A stretch of 64,000 nucleotides of DNA, taken from Pseudomonadota bacterium. GTDB lineage: Bacteria; Myxococcota; JACRCW01; JAFGSX01. The stretch's first letter is position 1. The number at the start of each line of letters is the position of its first letter. The notes beneath the pieces were generated by a model. The model was not told the origin of the DNA and did not search any database. It saw nothing but the letters and a program-made list of their open reading frames with translations. A program made the position numbers and the translations under genes. This document shows, in pieces, positions 1-9,897 of this stretch. Location: contig JBDRCO010000001.1 of the NCBI GenBank assembly GCA_043821645.1, positions 1 to 64,000 on the forward strand, given 5' to 3'.

Positions 1-2
1 AG

Positions 3-155
3 CTGGGCTACATCATCCCCAAGGCGCAGTACGACGCGGTGCTGCCCGGGGCCTACAATCCCGACGGGCAGTACGGCGAGTACAACTCGTTTGGCTACGA
101 GATGGCGCCCACCGTCGCGGGCGCAGTCGAGGCCATGTACAGGCTGGTGCACTGA
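3..155 (+). CDS. 3' end of a CDS cut by the window edge; possibly neutral/alkaline-ceramidase-like hydrolase C-terminus
   Basis: Frame from nt 3 reads LGYIIPKAQYDAVLPGAYNPDGQYGEYNSFGYEMAPTVAGAVEAMYRLVH-stop (TGA 153-155) with GC3-rich codons. LGYIIP...YGEYNS resembles the ELGYII...YEETNS tail of ceramidase-like proteins (recognition only). Confidence 0.55.
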   Translation: MGYIIPKAQYDAVLPGAYNPDGQYGEYNSFGYEMAPTVAGAVEAMYRLVH

Positions 156-198
156 CGCCATAGCGCTCCGGCGCGGGACGACGTGAACAGGGGGACCC

Positions 199-1647
199 AT
201 GCGTCGGATGAGGGTGGCTCTGGTCCTGCTGAGCCTGGTGCCCTCAGCCTGCCAGTGCGGCAGTGATACCGAGACGGACGCCGGTGGCGATGCCGCGGCG
301 GCACACGACGCGAGTCCGGTCGACACCTCGGGAGGCGGCGACAGCGGCCTGCACGACGCCCGGGTGCCGGACACGGCAGCGAGCGATCACCGGACGCCAG
401 ATACCGGGGCCGGTGCAGACGCCGCGCGCGCGGACGCCGGCGAACCTGTGCTCGACTGTCCCGCCCTGCCCGCCGCCACGGGCACCGTGGTGCAGATCGC
501 GGCGGGCGATGTGAGCGGTCTTGTGGATGCCGTGTCCTCCGCGGCCACGGGTACCACCCTGCTGCTCGCCGACGGCACCTACGCCCTCGACGGCGCGCAG
601 CTCAACTTCCGGACCGACGGCGTGACCCTGCGATCGCAGTCTGGAAACCCCGAGGCCGTGACCCTGGACGGCAACTACCTCAGCGGCGAGCTGGTCTCCA
701 TCACCGCCTCCGACGTCACCGTGGCCGAGCTGACCCTGCGCGAGGCCTACGACCACCCCATCCACGTGTCCGGCCGCGCCGACGCCAACATCACGGGGGT
801 GCGCATCTACCGCGTGCGCGTGATCGACGCCGGTGAGCAGGCCATCAAGATCAACCCCAGCGCCCAGCTGTTCTACGCCGATCAGGGGCGCATCGAGTGC
901 TCACACATCGAGCTCACCGACGACGGCCGCAGTCAGATCCGCAACAACTGCTACACCGGTGGCATCGACGCCCACGCGGCCTGGGGCTGGCAGGTGCGCC
1001 GCAACACCATCCTCGGCTTCTGGTGCCCGGCCGGGCTGTCCGAGCACGGCGTGCACTTCTGGCGCTCGGGCCGCGACACCCTGGTCGAGGCCAACACCAT
1101 CGTCAACTGCGCCCGGGGCATAGGCTTCGGCCTGGGCGACACCGGCACGGGCAGCGACCGCGTCTACACGCCGGACCCCTATCCGGGCAGCGGCTACCTC
1201 GGCCACATCGACGGCGTGATCCGCAACAACATGATCAGCGCCTCGGGCGCCATCTTCTCGTCGGGAGCGCGCTTCGACTGCGGCATCTGCCTGGAACAGG
1301 CGCGCGGCGTCGAGGTCTATCACAACAGCGTGGCCACGACCCAGAACCCCGCCAGCAGCAGCCTCGAGTGGCGCTGGCCCAACACCACGGTCACCGTCGT
1401 CAACAACCTGCTCAGCCACAACATCAACCCGCGCACCACCGTGCCTGTCACCCTCGACGGCAACCTCGAAAGCGCGGCCCTGGCCCTGTTCGCGGACGTG
1501 CCCGCGGGGGACCTGCACCTGGTGCCTGCCCAGGCGGCCGCCGCCATCGATCAGGGCGCGGCCCTCGCCAGCGGCCTGTGCGACGAGGACATCGACGGCG
1601 ACGCGCGGTCCGGCGCGCGCGACATCGGGGCGGACGAGATCCCCTGA
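199..1647 (+). CDS. Lipoprotein with right-handed parallel beta-helix (pectin-lyase-like) domain and choice-of-anchor-Q-like C-terminus
   Basis: Signal peptide ending SACQC, Asp/Ala-rich linker, GTTLLLADGTY start of beta-helix, repeated VxxNTI/IRNN turns, C-terminal DLHL...AIDQG...DIDGDAR...DIGADE motif. Confidence 0.8.
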   Translation: MRRMRVALVLLSLVPSACQCGSDTETDAGGDAAAAHDASPVDTSGGGDSGLHDARVPDTAASDHRTPDTGAGADAARADAGEPVLDCPALPAATGTVVQIAAGDVSGLVDAVSSAATGTTLLLADGTYALDGAQLNFRTDGVTLRSQSGNPEAVTLDGNYLSGELVSITASDVTVAELTLREAYDHPIHVSGRADANITGVRIYRVRVIDAGEQAIKINPSAQLFYADQGRIECSHIELTDDGRSQIRNNCYTGGIDAHAAWGWQVRRNTILGFWCPAGLSEHGVHFWRSGRDTLVEANTIVNCARGIGFGLGDTGTGSDRVYTPDPYPGSGYLGHIDGVIRNNMISASGAIFSSGARFDCGICLEQARGVEVYHNSVATTQNPASSSLEWRWPNTTVTVVNNLLSHNINPRTTVPVTLDGNLESAALALFADVPAGDLHLVPAQAAAAIDQGAALASGLCDEDIDGDARSGARDIGADEIP

Positions 1648-1668
1648 GCCCGCGCACCGCTGCTCGCG

Positions 1669-3246
1669 CTACCTGTCCGTGGCGGGCGCACTGGCAGCCC
1701 CGTCGCCCTTGTCCAGCACGAGCCGGATGGGTACCGGCGCGCTGCCGCCGTCGACGCTGCTCACCGGCGGCTGGAAGGTGAGCACAATGCGGCCCAGGTC
1801 CGAATTGCTCTGCAAGGCCATGGCCACGAAGAAGCCGAGCTTCTCCAGAGGCTTGTTCATGCAGGCCCCGGCGGCTGTTCCCAGGGAGCTGGTCACGGTG
1901 CGCTCGCTGCGCTTGACCCCGCGCAAGGGGATCACGACCTCGCCTCCGGCGACCGGAAGATCGCCGCGACAGCCATCGAGGACCTTGCCCACGACACCCG
2001 CCACCTCCTGCACCTGGGCGCGGGTCACCGGGTCGGCCTGACCACCCTCGAAGGCGACGCCCACCAGCTCGACGGCCGCGCGCCAGCTCTCCAGCTGCCG
2101 CGGCTGATGCGGCTGCTCCAGCAGCGCACGCACGTGCCGAGCCGCCACTGCCAGGTTGAGGCCAGGTCCCCGCACGGCGGTGCTGACACCGATGACCTGC
2201 GCGTGATCGTCGAGCACGGGGCCGCCGGAAGAGCCTGGCGCGATGTCGGTCTGGATCTGCAAGAACACGGTCTGCTGCTGCTCGCGCTGGGCGCTGACGA
2301 TGCCCGAGGTGAGGGTGAAATCTAGGCCCAGGGGGCTGCCGATGGCCAGGGCCGGGCTGCCCACGGCGATGTCGTCGCTGGCCACGGGCTGCACCGTGGT
2401 CAGGCCCGTGGCGGCGATCTGGATCAGGGCCAGGTCGTTGCCGGGATCCAGGACCAGCACGCGCACGCTGTCAAAGCGCCGTCCGTCGCGCAGCCGCACC
2501 TGCGCCGACTTGGCCTCGCCGATCACGTGGTGGTTGGTGACGATGAGGCCGTCGGGCGAGACCAGGAAGCCGCTGCCGTGACCCTCGACCTCCTTCATGC
2601 CCATGTCGTCGAGGAAGCGGGCCATGAAGCTGTCCTTGGGGGGATCGGCGCGCACGCCGATGTACACCACGGCGTCCGCGGCGCGGGCGAACACCTGCTG
2701 CGCCGATAGCGGGCCCGCGGGCTGCGAGGTGGAGCCGCCGTCGACGGACAGGCCCGCCGCGTCGGTGGCCAGGGACCCGGCATCCGCGCTGATCACCTCG
2801 AGCGGGACTCCCGGCAGCACCTGTGCCAGCGCGTGCATGGACTCCTGCCACTCGCTCGAGCGCTCACCGGCCAGCTCGCTGAACCAGGCGCCGTGGTGAT
2901 CGATGGCGCGACCGCTCAGCGCCGTGGCCAGCCCCAGCAGCACCAGCACCGTGACCAGGTTGAGCCCCGCGAACACGCGCAGGAAGGTGCGGCCACGCTT
3001 GGAGTAGCGCACCCCCACGTAGATGGGGATCACCAGGCCCACACCGAGGCCGAGGACCAGGGCCATCCAGGGGCGCCCGGCCGCGGGCACCTGCTCACCC
3101 GCCAGCTCGTAGAGCAGGGCACCCATCAGCCAGGCGGCGAGCGTTGCCAGCACCAGGCCCAGGGACAGGTACCCGATCACCGCCTTGGCGCCGATGGCTG
3201 GCTTCCCACCCGAGGTGCCTCCGCTTGGCGTGTCCGTGCTGCTCAT
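1669..3246 (-). CDS. Membrane-anchored S1C (HtrA/trypsin-like) serine protease without PDZ
   Basis: GSGFLVSPDGLIVTNHHV (His), NDLALI (Asp), APGSSGGP (Ser); about three N-terminal hydrophobic helices. Start placed at ATG 3246 behind GAGGGG rather than at 3321. Confidence 0.85.
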   Translation of the reverse strand: MSSTDTPSGGTSGGKPAIGAKAVIGYLSLGLVLATLAAWLMGALLYELAGEQVPAAGRPWMALVLGLGVGLVIPIYVGVRYSKRGRTFLRVFAGLNLVTVLVLLGLATALSGRAIDHHGAWFSELAGERSSEWQESMHALAQVLPGVPLEVISADAGSLATDAAGLSVDGGSTSQPAGPLSAQQVFARAADAVVYIGVRADPPKDSFMARFLDDMGMKEVEGHGSGFLVSPDGLIVTNHHVIGEAKSAQVRLRDGRRFDSVRVLVLDPGNDLALIQIAATGLTTVQPVASDDIAVGSPALAIGSPLGLDFTLTSGIVSAQREQQQTVFLQIQTDIAPGSSGGPVLDDHAQVIGVSTAVRGPGLNLAVAARHVRALLEQPHQPRQLESWRAAVELVGVAFEGGQADPVTRAQVQEVAGVVGKVLDGCRGDLPVAGGEVVIPLRGVKRSERTVTSSLGTAAGACMNKPLEKLGFFVAMALQSNSDLGRIVLTFQPPVSSVDGGSAPVPIRLVLDKGDGAASAPATDR

Positions 3247-3492
3247 GAGGGCTCCCCTCGTGCCGGTTGCCGGCCTGGTGGCGCGCGTGCCTCTGGCACC
3301 GCGACGATAGCGTCCCCTCACTCTTATCTTCTTTTCGTCTCACGGTGGCATGCCTCTTGGTGAGGGAAGGTCGCCGACCGGGTGGGACGCGTGGCGGCGT
3401 TGCCCATCGTCGAAAAAGCTGTCATGCACCCTGCCCGGTGTACGACCGGCGGCAAAGTGCTGCCCGTCGCCACGCCAGCGTGAGCGCGACGC

Positions 3493-5292
3493 ATGACCCC
3501 CCTGGCCAGCTGCCACAAGCTCAGCAAGTCCTTCAGCGGTCGGCCGCTGTTTCAGGACATCTCGCTCACCATCGCCAGCGAGGACAGGCTCGGCCTCATC
3601 GGCGCCAACGGCTCGGGCAAGTCCACCCTGCTCAAGATCCTGGCCGGGCTGCTCCCCACCGACGGGGGCGAGGTCGCGCTGCGAAAGGGCTGCCGCCTGG
3701 TGTACCAGCCCCAGGACGATGTCCTGACGCCCGAGCAGACGGTGAGCGAGGCCGTGGATGAGGCCCTCGGGAGCCCGGACCTGGACCTCACCGAGCGCCA
3801 GGTGCGGGTGCAGCGCATGCTGCGCCGCGCCGGCTTCGACGATCTGCAGCAGCCCGTCGCCACTCTGTCCGGTGGCTGGCGCAAGCGCCTGTCCCTGTGC
3901 CGGGCCCTGGTGCAGGAGCCGGATCTGCTGCTTCTCGACGAGCCCACCAACCACCTCGATCTCGAGGGCATCCTGTGGCTCGAGGACTTGCTCCGGCAGG
4001 CGCCCTTCGCCTTCGTGCTGGTGACCCATGATCGCTACCTGCTCGAGCGCTGCGCGCGCGGCGTGATCGAGCTGAGCCGGCGTTACCCAGACGGCTTCCT
4101 GCGCGTCGCCGGTGCCTACAGTGACTTCCTGGCTGCGCGGGAGGCGCGGCTCGAGGCCCAGGCGGCGCAGGACGCCGCGCTGTCCAACAAGGTGCGGCGC
4201 GAGGTCGAGTGGCTGCGGCGCGGTCCCCAGGCCCGCGCCACCAAAGCGCGGGCCCGCATCGACGAGGCAGGTCGCCTGATCGACGAGCTGCAGCAGGCCC
4301 GGGAGCGCTCGGGACACGATCGACAGGTGCAGGTGGACTTCGACGCCACGGGACGCCGCAGCAAGCGCCTGCTGTGGAGCGCCGGCCTGAGCGGTGGCTA
4401 CGGCGACAGGGCCCTGTTTCGCGACCTCGAGTTCGTGCTGGGACCTGGCCATCGCCTGGGTCTTCTCGGTCGCAATGGCGCGGGCAAGAGCACCCTGCTG
4501 CGCATCCTCGCTGGCGAGGCGTCCCCCCTGACCGGCACGCTCGAGCGCGCGCCGGAGCTGCGCGTGCTGTGCTTCGAGCAGGATCGCTCGACCCTGGACC
4601 CGACCCAGAGCCTGCGCCGAGCCCTGGCCCCCGAGGGCGATAGCGTGGTGTTCCGGGGCCAGGCCATTCACGTGGCAGGCTGGGCCGCGCGCTTCTTGTT
4701 TCGCGGCGAACAGCTCGACATGCCCGTGGCCAGCCTGTCCGGTGGCGAGCAGGCGCGCATCCTCATCGCCCGGCTGATGCTGCAGCCCGCCGATGTGCTG
4801 CTCCTCGACGAGCCCACCAACGACCTCGACATCCCGTCGCTGGAGGTGCTCGAAAGCAGCCTGGGCGAGTTCCCGGGTGCCCTGGTGCTGGTCACCCACG
4901 ATCGCTACCTGATGGACCGCGTGTGCACGGGCGTGCTCGGCCTCGACGGCCAGGGCGGCTGGGCCCTGTGCGCCGAGCGCGAGCAGTGGCTGCAGCAGCT
5001 CGCCGCCCGCGAGGCGCCACGCCCCGTCGAGACGCGCGCACCCAAGCCGCGCAGCCAGCGGCCGACCAAGCTCTCGTACATGGAGGAGCGCGAGCTGGGC
5101 CAGCTCGAGGTGCAGATCCCCGAGCACGAGGCCTTGCTGGCGCGCCTGAACCAGGACCTGCAGCGCCCCGAGGTCACGGGTGACCCGGCGCGGCTGCGCG
5201 CCTGCGTGAGCGAACTCGACGATGCCCAGCGTACCCTGGACGCGCTGTATGCCCGCTGGGAGGCACTCGAGCTGAAACGGGAGGGGGGCTGA
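3493..5292 (+). CDS. uup: ABC-F family ATPase, Uup-like
   Basis: Two NBDs (GANGSGKST, GRNGAGKST; LSGG; DEPTNHLD/DEPTNDLD), linker EVEWLRRGPQARATKARARI, C-terminal KLSY..ERE...LYARWEALE coiled-coil typical of Uup. Confidence 0.9.
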   Translation: MTPLASCHKLSKSFSGRPLFQDISLTIASEDRLGLIGANGSGKSTLLKILAGLLPTDGGEVALRKGCRLVYQPQDDVLTPEQTVSEAVDEALGSPDLDLTERQVRVQRMLRRAGFDDLQQPVATLSGGWRKRLSLCRALVQEPDLLLLDEPTNHLDLEGILWLEDLLRQAPFAFVLVTHDRYLLERCARGVIELSRRYPDGFLRVAGAYSDFLAAREARLEAQAAQDAALSNKVRREVEWLRRGPQARATKARARIDEAGRLIDELQQARERSGHDRQVQVDFDATGRRSKRLLWSAGLSGGYGDRALFRDLEFVLGPGHRLGLLGRNGAGKSTLLRILAGEASPLTGTLERAPELRVLCFEQDRSTLDPTQSLRRALAPEGDSVVFRGQAIHVAGWAARFLFRGEQLDMPVASLSGGEQARILIARLMLQPADVLLLDEPTNDLDIPSLEVLESSLGEFPGALVLVTHDRYLMDRVCTGVLGLDGQGGWALCAEREQWLQQLAAREAPRPVETRAPKPRSQRPTKLSYMEERELGQLEVQIPEHEALLARLNQDLQRPEVTGDPARLRACVSELDDAQRTLDALYARWEALELKREGG

Positions 5293-5349
5293 GGAACGGT
5301 CGGCCACCCGTCCGAGCACCCGAAGCGCAGAACGCACATCGAAGAAAAC

Positions 5350-6492
5350 TCAGTCGCCCGTCGGTTCGGTTTCCGGACTCGACAGCTCCACCTCGAACTC
5401 CGCGGGCTCGTCCCCGACCCGCGCCCAGGGAAACAGCGCGCGCACGCCCTGGTCGAGATCCTGGCGCGGTGCGCGCGGGGCAGGCGTCGCGGACTGGATG
5501 CGTGGCGGACGCTGGGCGTTGGCATCGGTCAGGCGGCGCAAGAAGGTCTGCTGCAACGCGCGGCGCTCACCGGTCATGGTCGACAGCAAGGCGGCGAGCT
5601 GCTGCGCACTGAAGCCCCCGTGAGCGGCGAGCTGCGCGCTCAGGGCCTCGGCCAGGCTGTGCGCGGTGTCAAAGCGCTGCGCGGGGTCCCGGTGCAGAGC
5701 CTGCAATAGCAGCGCCTCGAGTTCGGCGGGAAAGCCCGCGACCACCTCGTGCGGCGGCACCACCGCCCCGTCCACGATCTTCTCCATGGTATCGACGTCG
5801 GCCCCGCCGGGAATGGGCTCGCGGCCAACCAGCAACTTGTAGAGCTGAACACCCAGCTGGTACACGTCGGTGGCCGGCCCCACAGGCTGGCCGAGCAATT
5901 GCTCGGGCGTCAGGTAGGCCAGCGTGCCCTTGAGCTGACCGGGCACCGTGACGCTGAAGCGCGACTCGGCCTGGGCCAGATCAAAGCCCACCAGCTTGAC
6001 CTCGCCCTGGTACGACACCAGCACGTTGCGCAGGGTGACGTCGCGGTGAACGATGGGCGAGGGCCTGTCGCGCGGACCGGTGCAGGTGTGCGCCGCATGC
6101 AGGGCCGTGGCCACCTTGACGCCGATGTGCAGGGCTGCACGCAGGGGAAAGCGCACGCCGCGCTCGCCGAGCAGGCTCACCAGGGTCGACAGGGCCGCGC
6201 CCTGCACGTACTCCTGGGCCACGAAGCTCTGGCCGGCCAGGCTGCCAAAATCGTGGATACGTGCGATGCCAGGATGCTGCACCCGCGCGCTGACCAGGGC
6301 CTGGTCGAGAAAGCGCGCCACCTGCTCAGGGTCCTGCTCATGCTCGGGGCGCAGGCGCTTGAACACCAGCAGGCGCTGGCCTTCGCTCGATCCCAGGTCG
6401 AGGGCGAGGAACACATCGCTGCGCTCGCCCTGCGCCAGACGGTGCAGCAGCAAGTAGGACCCCACGCGCGCTATGGTCTCGGCCTTGTCCAA
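5350..6492 (-). CDS. Hanks-type Ser/Thr kinase-fold protein with degenerate motifs (probable pseudokinase)
   Basis: LVFKRL, HRDVTLRN, GTLAYLTPEQ and DVYQLG are present, but DFG reads GFD and the alphaC Glu reads Gln (RFLDQA). Start tentatively TTG 6492; the ORF is open to 6564. Confidence 0.8.
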   Translation of the reverse strand: MDKAETIARVGSYLLLHRLAQGERSDVFLALDLGSSEGQRLLVFKRLRPEHEQDPEQVARFLDQALVSARVQHPGIARIHDFGSLAGQSFVAQEYVQGAALSTLVSLLGERGVRFPLRAALHIGVKVATALHAAHTCTGPRDRPSPIVHRDVTLRNVLVSYQGEVKLVGFDLAQAESRFSVTVPGQLKGTLAYLTPEQLLGQPVGPATDVYQLGVQLYKLLVGREPIPGGADVDTMEKIVDGAVVPPHEVVAGFPAELEALLLQALHRDPAQRFDTAHSLAEALSAQLAAHGGFSAQQLAALLSTMTGERRALQQTFLRRLTDANAQRPPRIQSATPAPRAPRQDLDQGVRALFPWARVGDEPAEFEVELSSPETEPTGD

Positions 6493-6581
6493 GGTCCCTG
6501 CTCTCGTGGTGTGGTTCGTGCCATGGTAGCGGAGCCAGGGTCCACACTCCACCGCGATGTGCACGCGGAGAGCCGAGCACC

Positions 6582-7697
6582 ATGACCAGCGTCGAACCAG
6601 GTCGCTTCGTGTACACCACCTGCCAGGTGGGCGCCGAGGCCGCGCTCAAGAAGGAACTCGGCCGCGAGCATCCGGAGCTGCGCTTTGCCTTCTCGCGACC
6701 GGGCTTCGTGACCTTCAAGCTGTCGTCGGAACGCGCGCCGCTCGGACCCGATTTCGCGCTGCGCTCCGTCTTCGCGCGCTGCCACGGGCTGTCCCTGGGC
6801 CCGGTCGGCGCCGACGCGCTCTCCGTCGACGAACGAGCACGGCAGGTGCTACAGGCCATCGCCCGACGACCCCGCGCTGGTGCCTCGTCGCCGAGCCCGG
6901 TGCTGCACGTGTGGGAGCGCGATCGCTTCGCGCCAGGGGAGGAGCCCCTCGACCCGGAACCGGATGCCCGCACCCGTCGCGTGGTCGACGCTCTGCACGA
7001 GCAAGCCACGACGCTGCCGGAGCTTGCTGTCGACCTCAACTCCCCGGCCACGCCGGGCCAGCTGGTGCACGACCTCGTGCTGGTCGAGGACAGGCAGTGG
7101 TGGGCGGGCGTGCACAGGCACGGCCCTGGCCGCAGCCCGCATCCTGGCGGGCGCCCGGATCTGTGCTTGCCGGCCGACGCGCCCTCGCGCGCCTATCTCA
7201 AACTCGAAGAGGGCCTGCAGTGGTGCGGAGCCGGGCTGCACCCCGGCGACACCGCGGTCGAGATTGGCAGCGCGCCGGGTGGCGCCAGCTACGCCCTCCT
7301 GCAGCGAGGCCTGCGGGTGGTGGGCATCGATCCCGCGGTCATGCATCCCGGCGTGCTCGCTCACCCGCACTTCGTGCACATCGCCCGCAGCTTCGACACC
7401 GTACGCTGGGAGGATCTGCCACACCCGGTGCACTGGCTACTGCTCGACATGAACGTGCCGCCGCGCTTCGCCCTGCGCGCGGTGCAGCGGCTCTTTCAGC
7501 TGGCACACGACGGTCTGCTGGGTTTGCTGCTCACCTTCAAGCTCAACCAGTGGCAGCTCGCGGACCAGATCCCGGGGCTGCTGCGGCAACTCCGGGCGAT
7601 GGGGCTCGAGCAGGTCAGCGCCCGCCAGCTGGCCCACAACAGGCAAGAGTTTTTCGTTTCCGCCCGAACCGCGGCGGGCAGGGACAGGCGGGCGTAG
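6582..7697 (+). CDS. RlmM/FtsJ-like SAM-dependent RNA 2'-O-methyltransferase
   Basis: APSRAYLKLEE, VEIGSAPGG SAM-binding loop, VVGIDPA, WLLLDMN, FKL and QLAHNRQE motifs match the RlmM (23S C2498) family pattern. Confidence 0.8.
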   Translation: MTSVEPGRFVYTTCQVGAEAALKKELGREHPELRFAFSRPGFVTFKLSSERAPLGPDFALRSVFARCHGLSLGPVGADALSVDERARQVLQAIARRPRAGASSPSPVLHVWERDRFAPGEEPLDPEPDARTRRVVDALHEQATTLPELAVDLNSPATPGQLVHDLVLVEDRQWWAGVHRHGPGRSPHPGGRPDLCLPADAPSRAYLKLEEGLQWCGAGLHPGDTAVEIGSAPGGASYALLQRGLRVVGIDPAVMHPGVLAHPHFVHIARSFDTVRWEDLPHPVHWLLLDMNVPPRFALRAVQRLFQLAHDGLLGLLLTFKLNQWQLADQIPGLLRQLRAMGLEQVSARQLAHNRQEFFVSARTAAGRDRRA

Positions 7698-7769
7698 CGA
7701 CCTGGTGGGCTTGCGCTCGGATGCCGACACTGCTGAACTGAGACAGCAGACCACCTCGATCGGCGCATC

Positions 7770-8924
7770 ATGCTCGCGGTTCACACTCCCTCCAGGCTGT
7801 ACAGCGAAATCGCGGCCAGCCCCTACCCCTCGGCGCTGCTGCTCGACCTCACCGACGCCTGCAACCTGCGCTGCCGCATGTGCCTGTACTGGGGCGAGTC
7901 GGGCCTGTACACCAGCGCCGAGCCCGGCCGCGTGCGGGCCCGACCCCGGTCCCTGGATCTCGACCTGGCCCTGCGTCTCATCGACGAGCTGCGCCCCGGT
8001 CGCCCGGTTTACTCCCTGTTCGGCGGGGAGCCGCTGCTGTACCCGCAGCTGGCCGAGGTCATCGCCGCCATCAAGCGCGCGGGCTCCGTCGTCAGCCTGG
8101 TGACCAACGGCCAGGAGCTGGCCGCGCTGGCGCCCATGCTCGTCGAGCAGGGCCTGGATGCTCTGCGCATCTCCCTCGACGGGCCGCGGCACATCAACGA
8201 TCCCCAGCGCGGCGCGGGCAGCTTCGACAGGGCCATGGCCGGGCTCGAGGCGGTGCTGCACGAGCGCACGCGGCAGCATAAACGCCGCCCGGGTCTGGGC
8301 ATTGCCTACGCAGTGACCCTGGACAACGCCGAGCACCTGCAGGGATTCTTTCACCGCGAGGTCGACGTTAGCCTGCTCGAGCACATCGGCATCAACCTGT
8401 ACATCCACATGTCGCCGCGCAACGGCGAGGCTTTTCAGACCATGCTCGAGGACGAGTGGGGCCTGCCCGGCCACCAGCACTGGCGCGCTCTGGTGCGCGA
8501 GCCCGACTTCCTGGACGCCCTGGATGTCGACGGATTGTCCAGGCAAATACACAGCGTGCGCGCCCTGTTCGCGCGCAGCGGGCACGGGGTGTTCGAGACC
8601 AGCCCGCGCATCACCTCGCCCGCCAACCTGCGCGCCCACATCGCCGACGAGCGCGAACGCCTGAGCGAGCGCTACGACTTCTGTGCGGCCCCCTGGACCA
8701 CCCTGCAAGTCACCGCGCGTGGCGAGGTGCTGCCCTGCATGGGCGCCACCGACTTCGCCTTCGGCGACCTGCACGCGCAGAGCTTTTTGGAGATCTGGCA
8801 CGGTCCGCTGTACGAGCAGCTTCGCGCCCGGCTCTTCGACCGGGGCCTCATGCCCCACTGCGGCGCCTGCTGCATGCTGCCGCGCCTGGGGCACTGGCGC
8901 CGGCCGCAGCGACGGCTGAGCTGA
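7770..8924 (+). CDS. Radical SAM enzyme with SPASM/twitch domain
   Basis: CNLRCRMC (CxxxCxxC), FGGEPLL, VTNG, ISLDG; C-terminal CAAPW...GEVLPC...FGDL...EIW...CGACC. Confidence 0.9.
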   Translation: MLAVHTPSRLYSEIAASPYPSALLLDLTDACNLRCRMCLYWGESGLYTSAEPGRVRARPRSLDLDLALRLIDELRPGRPVYSLFGGEPLLYPQLAEVIAAIKRAGSVVSLVTNGQELAALAPMLVEQGLDALRISLDGPRHINDPQRGAGSFDRAMAGLEAVLHERTRQHKRRPGLGIAYAVTLDNAEHLQGFFHREVDVSLLEHIGINLYIHMSPRNGEAFQTMLEDEWGLPGHQHWRALVREPDFLDALDVDGLSRQIHSVRALFARSGHGVFETSPRITSPANLRAHIADERERLSERYDFCAAPWTTLQVTARGEVLPCMGATDFAFGDLHAQSFLEIWHGPLYEQLRARLFDRGLMPHCGACCMLPRLGHWRRPQRRLS

Positions 8925-8934
8925 AGGAGTGCAC

Positions 8935-9873
8935 GTGAGCCTGCAAACCCCGTCGACACACCGGCTGCGCCCTGGCGTCGCCGCGGTGTGCCTGGTCGCC
9001 AGCACGCTGGGCGGCTGCGAGTGCGAGCAGCGCAGCCTCGAGCACGGCGGCCTGAGCCGTACGTATCTGTTGCACCTGCCGGATCCCCGACCCGAGGTCC
9101 CGCCGCCACTGGTCCTGGCTCTGCACGGCCGCCTGGGCACGGCCGCGGGCCAGCGTCGAACCACGGGCTACAACGCGCTGGCGGATCGCGACGGCGTGGT
9201 GGTGGCCTACCCCGACGGCGTGGACCGCAGCTGGGCCGATGCCCGCGACGTGTCCCCCGCCCATCAGCAGGGCGTCGACGACGAGAGCTTCCTGCTCGCG
9301 CTCATCGATGCCATCGACGAGGAGATCGCCATCGATCGCGATCGCATCGGCATGATGGGCATCAGCAACGGCGGGTTCATGACCCAGACCATGGCCTGCA
9401 AGCACGGCGCGCTGCTGGCCGGCGCGGCCGCAGTGGTGGCCACCATCCCCGAGAACCTGCGCGACGCCTGCGCGCCCGCGGTCCCCCTGAGCGTGCTGTT
9501 CATGAACGGCACCGAGGATCCCCTGGTGCCCTTCGAGGGTGGCACCGTGGACTCTGACGTGGGCGGCGAGGTGCTGAGCTTCGATGACGCGGTGGCGACC
9601 TGGGTCGTGCACGACCGCTGTGACGCCTCCCCCACCACCACCCACGTCGACGAGGTCGACGACGACACCGCGATACGCCACGACCACTACCCGGGCTGCG
9701 CCAGCGGCACCGCCGTCGAAGCCTACGCGGTCGAGGGCGGCGGCCACACCTGGCCCGGTGGCGGCCAGTACCTGCCCGAAGGTACCGTGGGTCGGGTGAG
9801 CACCGAGCTCGAGGGCACCGAGCTGATCTGGAACTTCTTGCTCGCGCAGCGACGGGCCGCGAGCTTCGAGTGA
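8935..9873 (+). CDS. LpqC/PHB-depolymerase family alpha/beta hydrolase lipoprotein
   Basis: AAGGAG RBS before GTG 8935; LGGC lipobox; LVLALHG, VVAYPDG, GISNGG nucleophile elbow, GTEDPLVP, GGGHTWPG. Confidence 0.88.
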   Translation: MSLQTPSTHRLRPGVAAVCLVASTLGGCECEQRSLEHGGLSRTYLLHLPDPRPEVPPPLVLALHGRLGTAAGQRRTTGYNALADRDGVVVAYPDGVDRSWADARDVSPAHQQGVDDESFLLALIDAIDEEIAIDRDRIGMMGISNGGFMTQTMACKHGALLAGAAAVVATIPENLRDACAPAVPLSVLFMNGTEDPLVPFEGGTVDSDVGGEVLSFDDAVATWVVHDRCDASPTTTHVDEVDDDTAIRHDHYPGCASGTAVEAYAVEGGGHTWPGGGQYLPEGTVGRVSTELEGTELIWNFLLAQRRAASFE

Positions 9874-9897
9874 GCGGTGGGCGTCCGGGTGGCTCGC

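Noticed and set aside
3346-3361. TGGCATGCCTCTTGGT upstream of uup, sigma-54-like
   Set aside because: The -12 element reads GG instead of the conserved GC; too weak to call.
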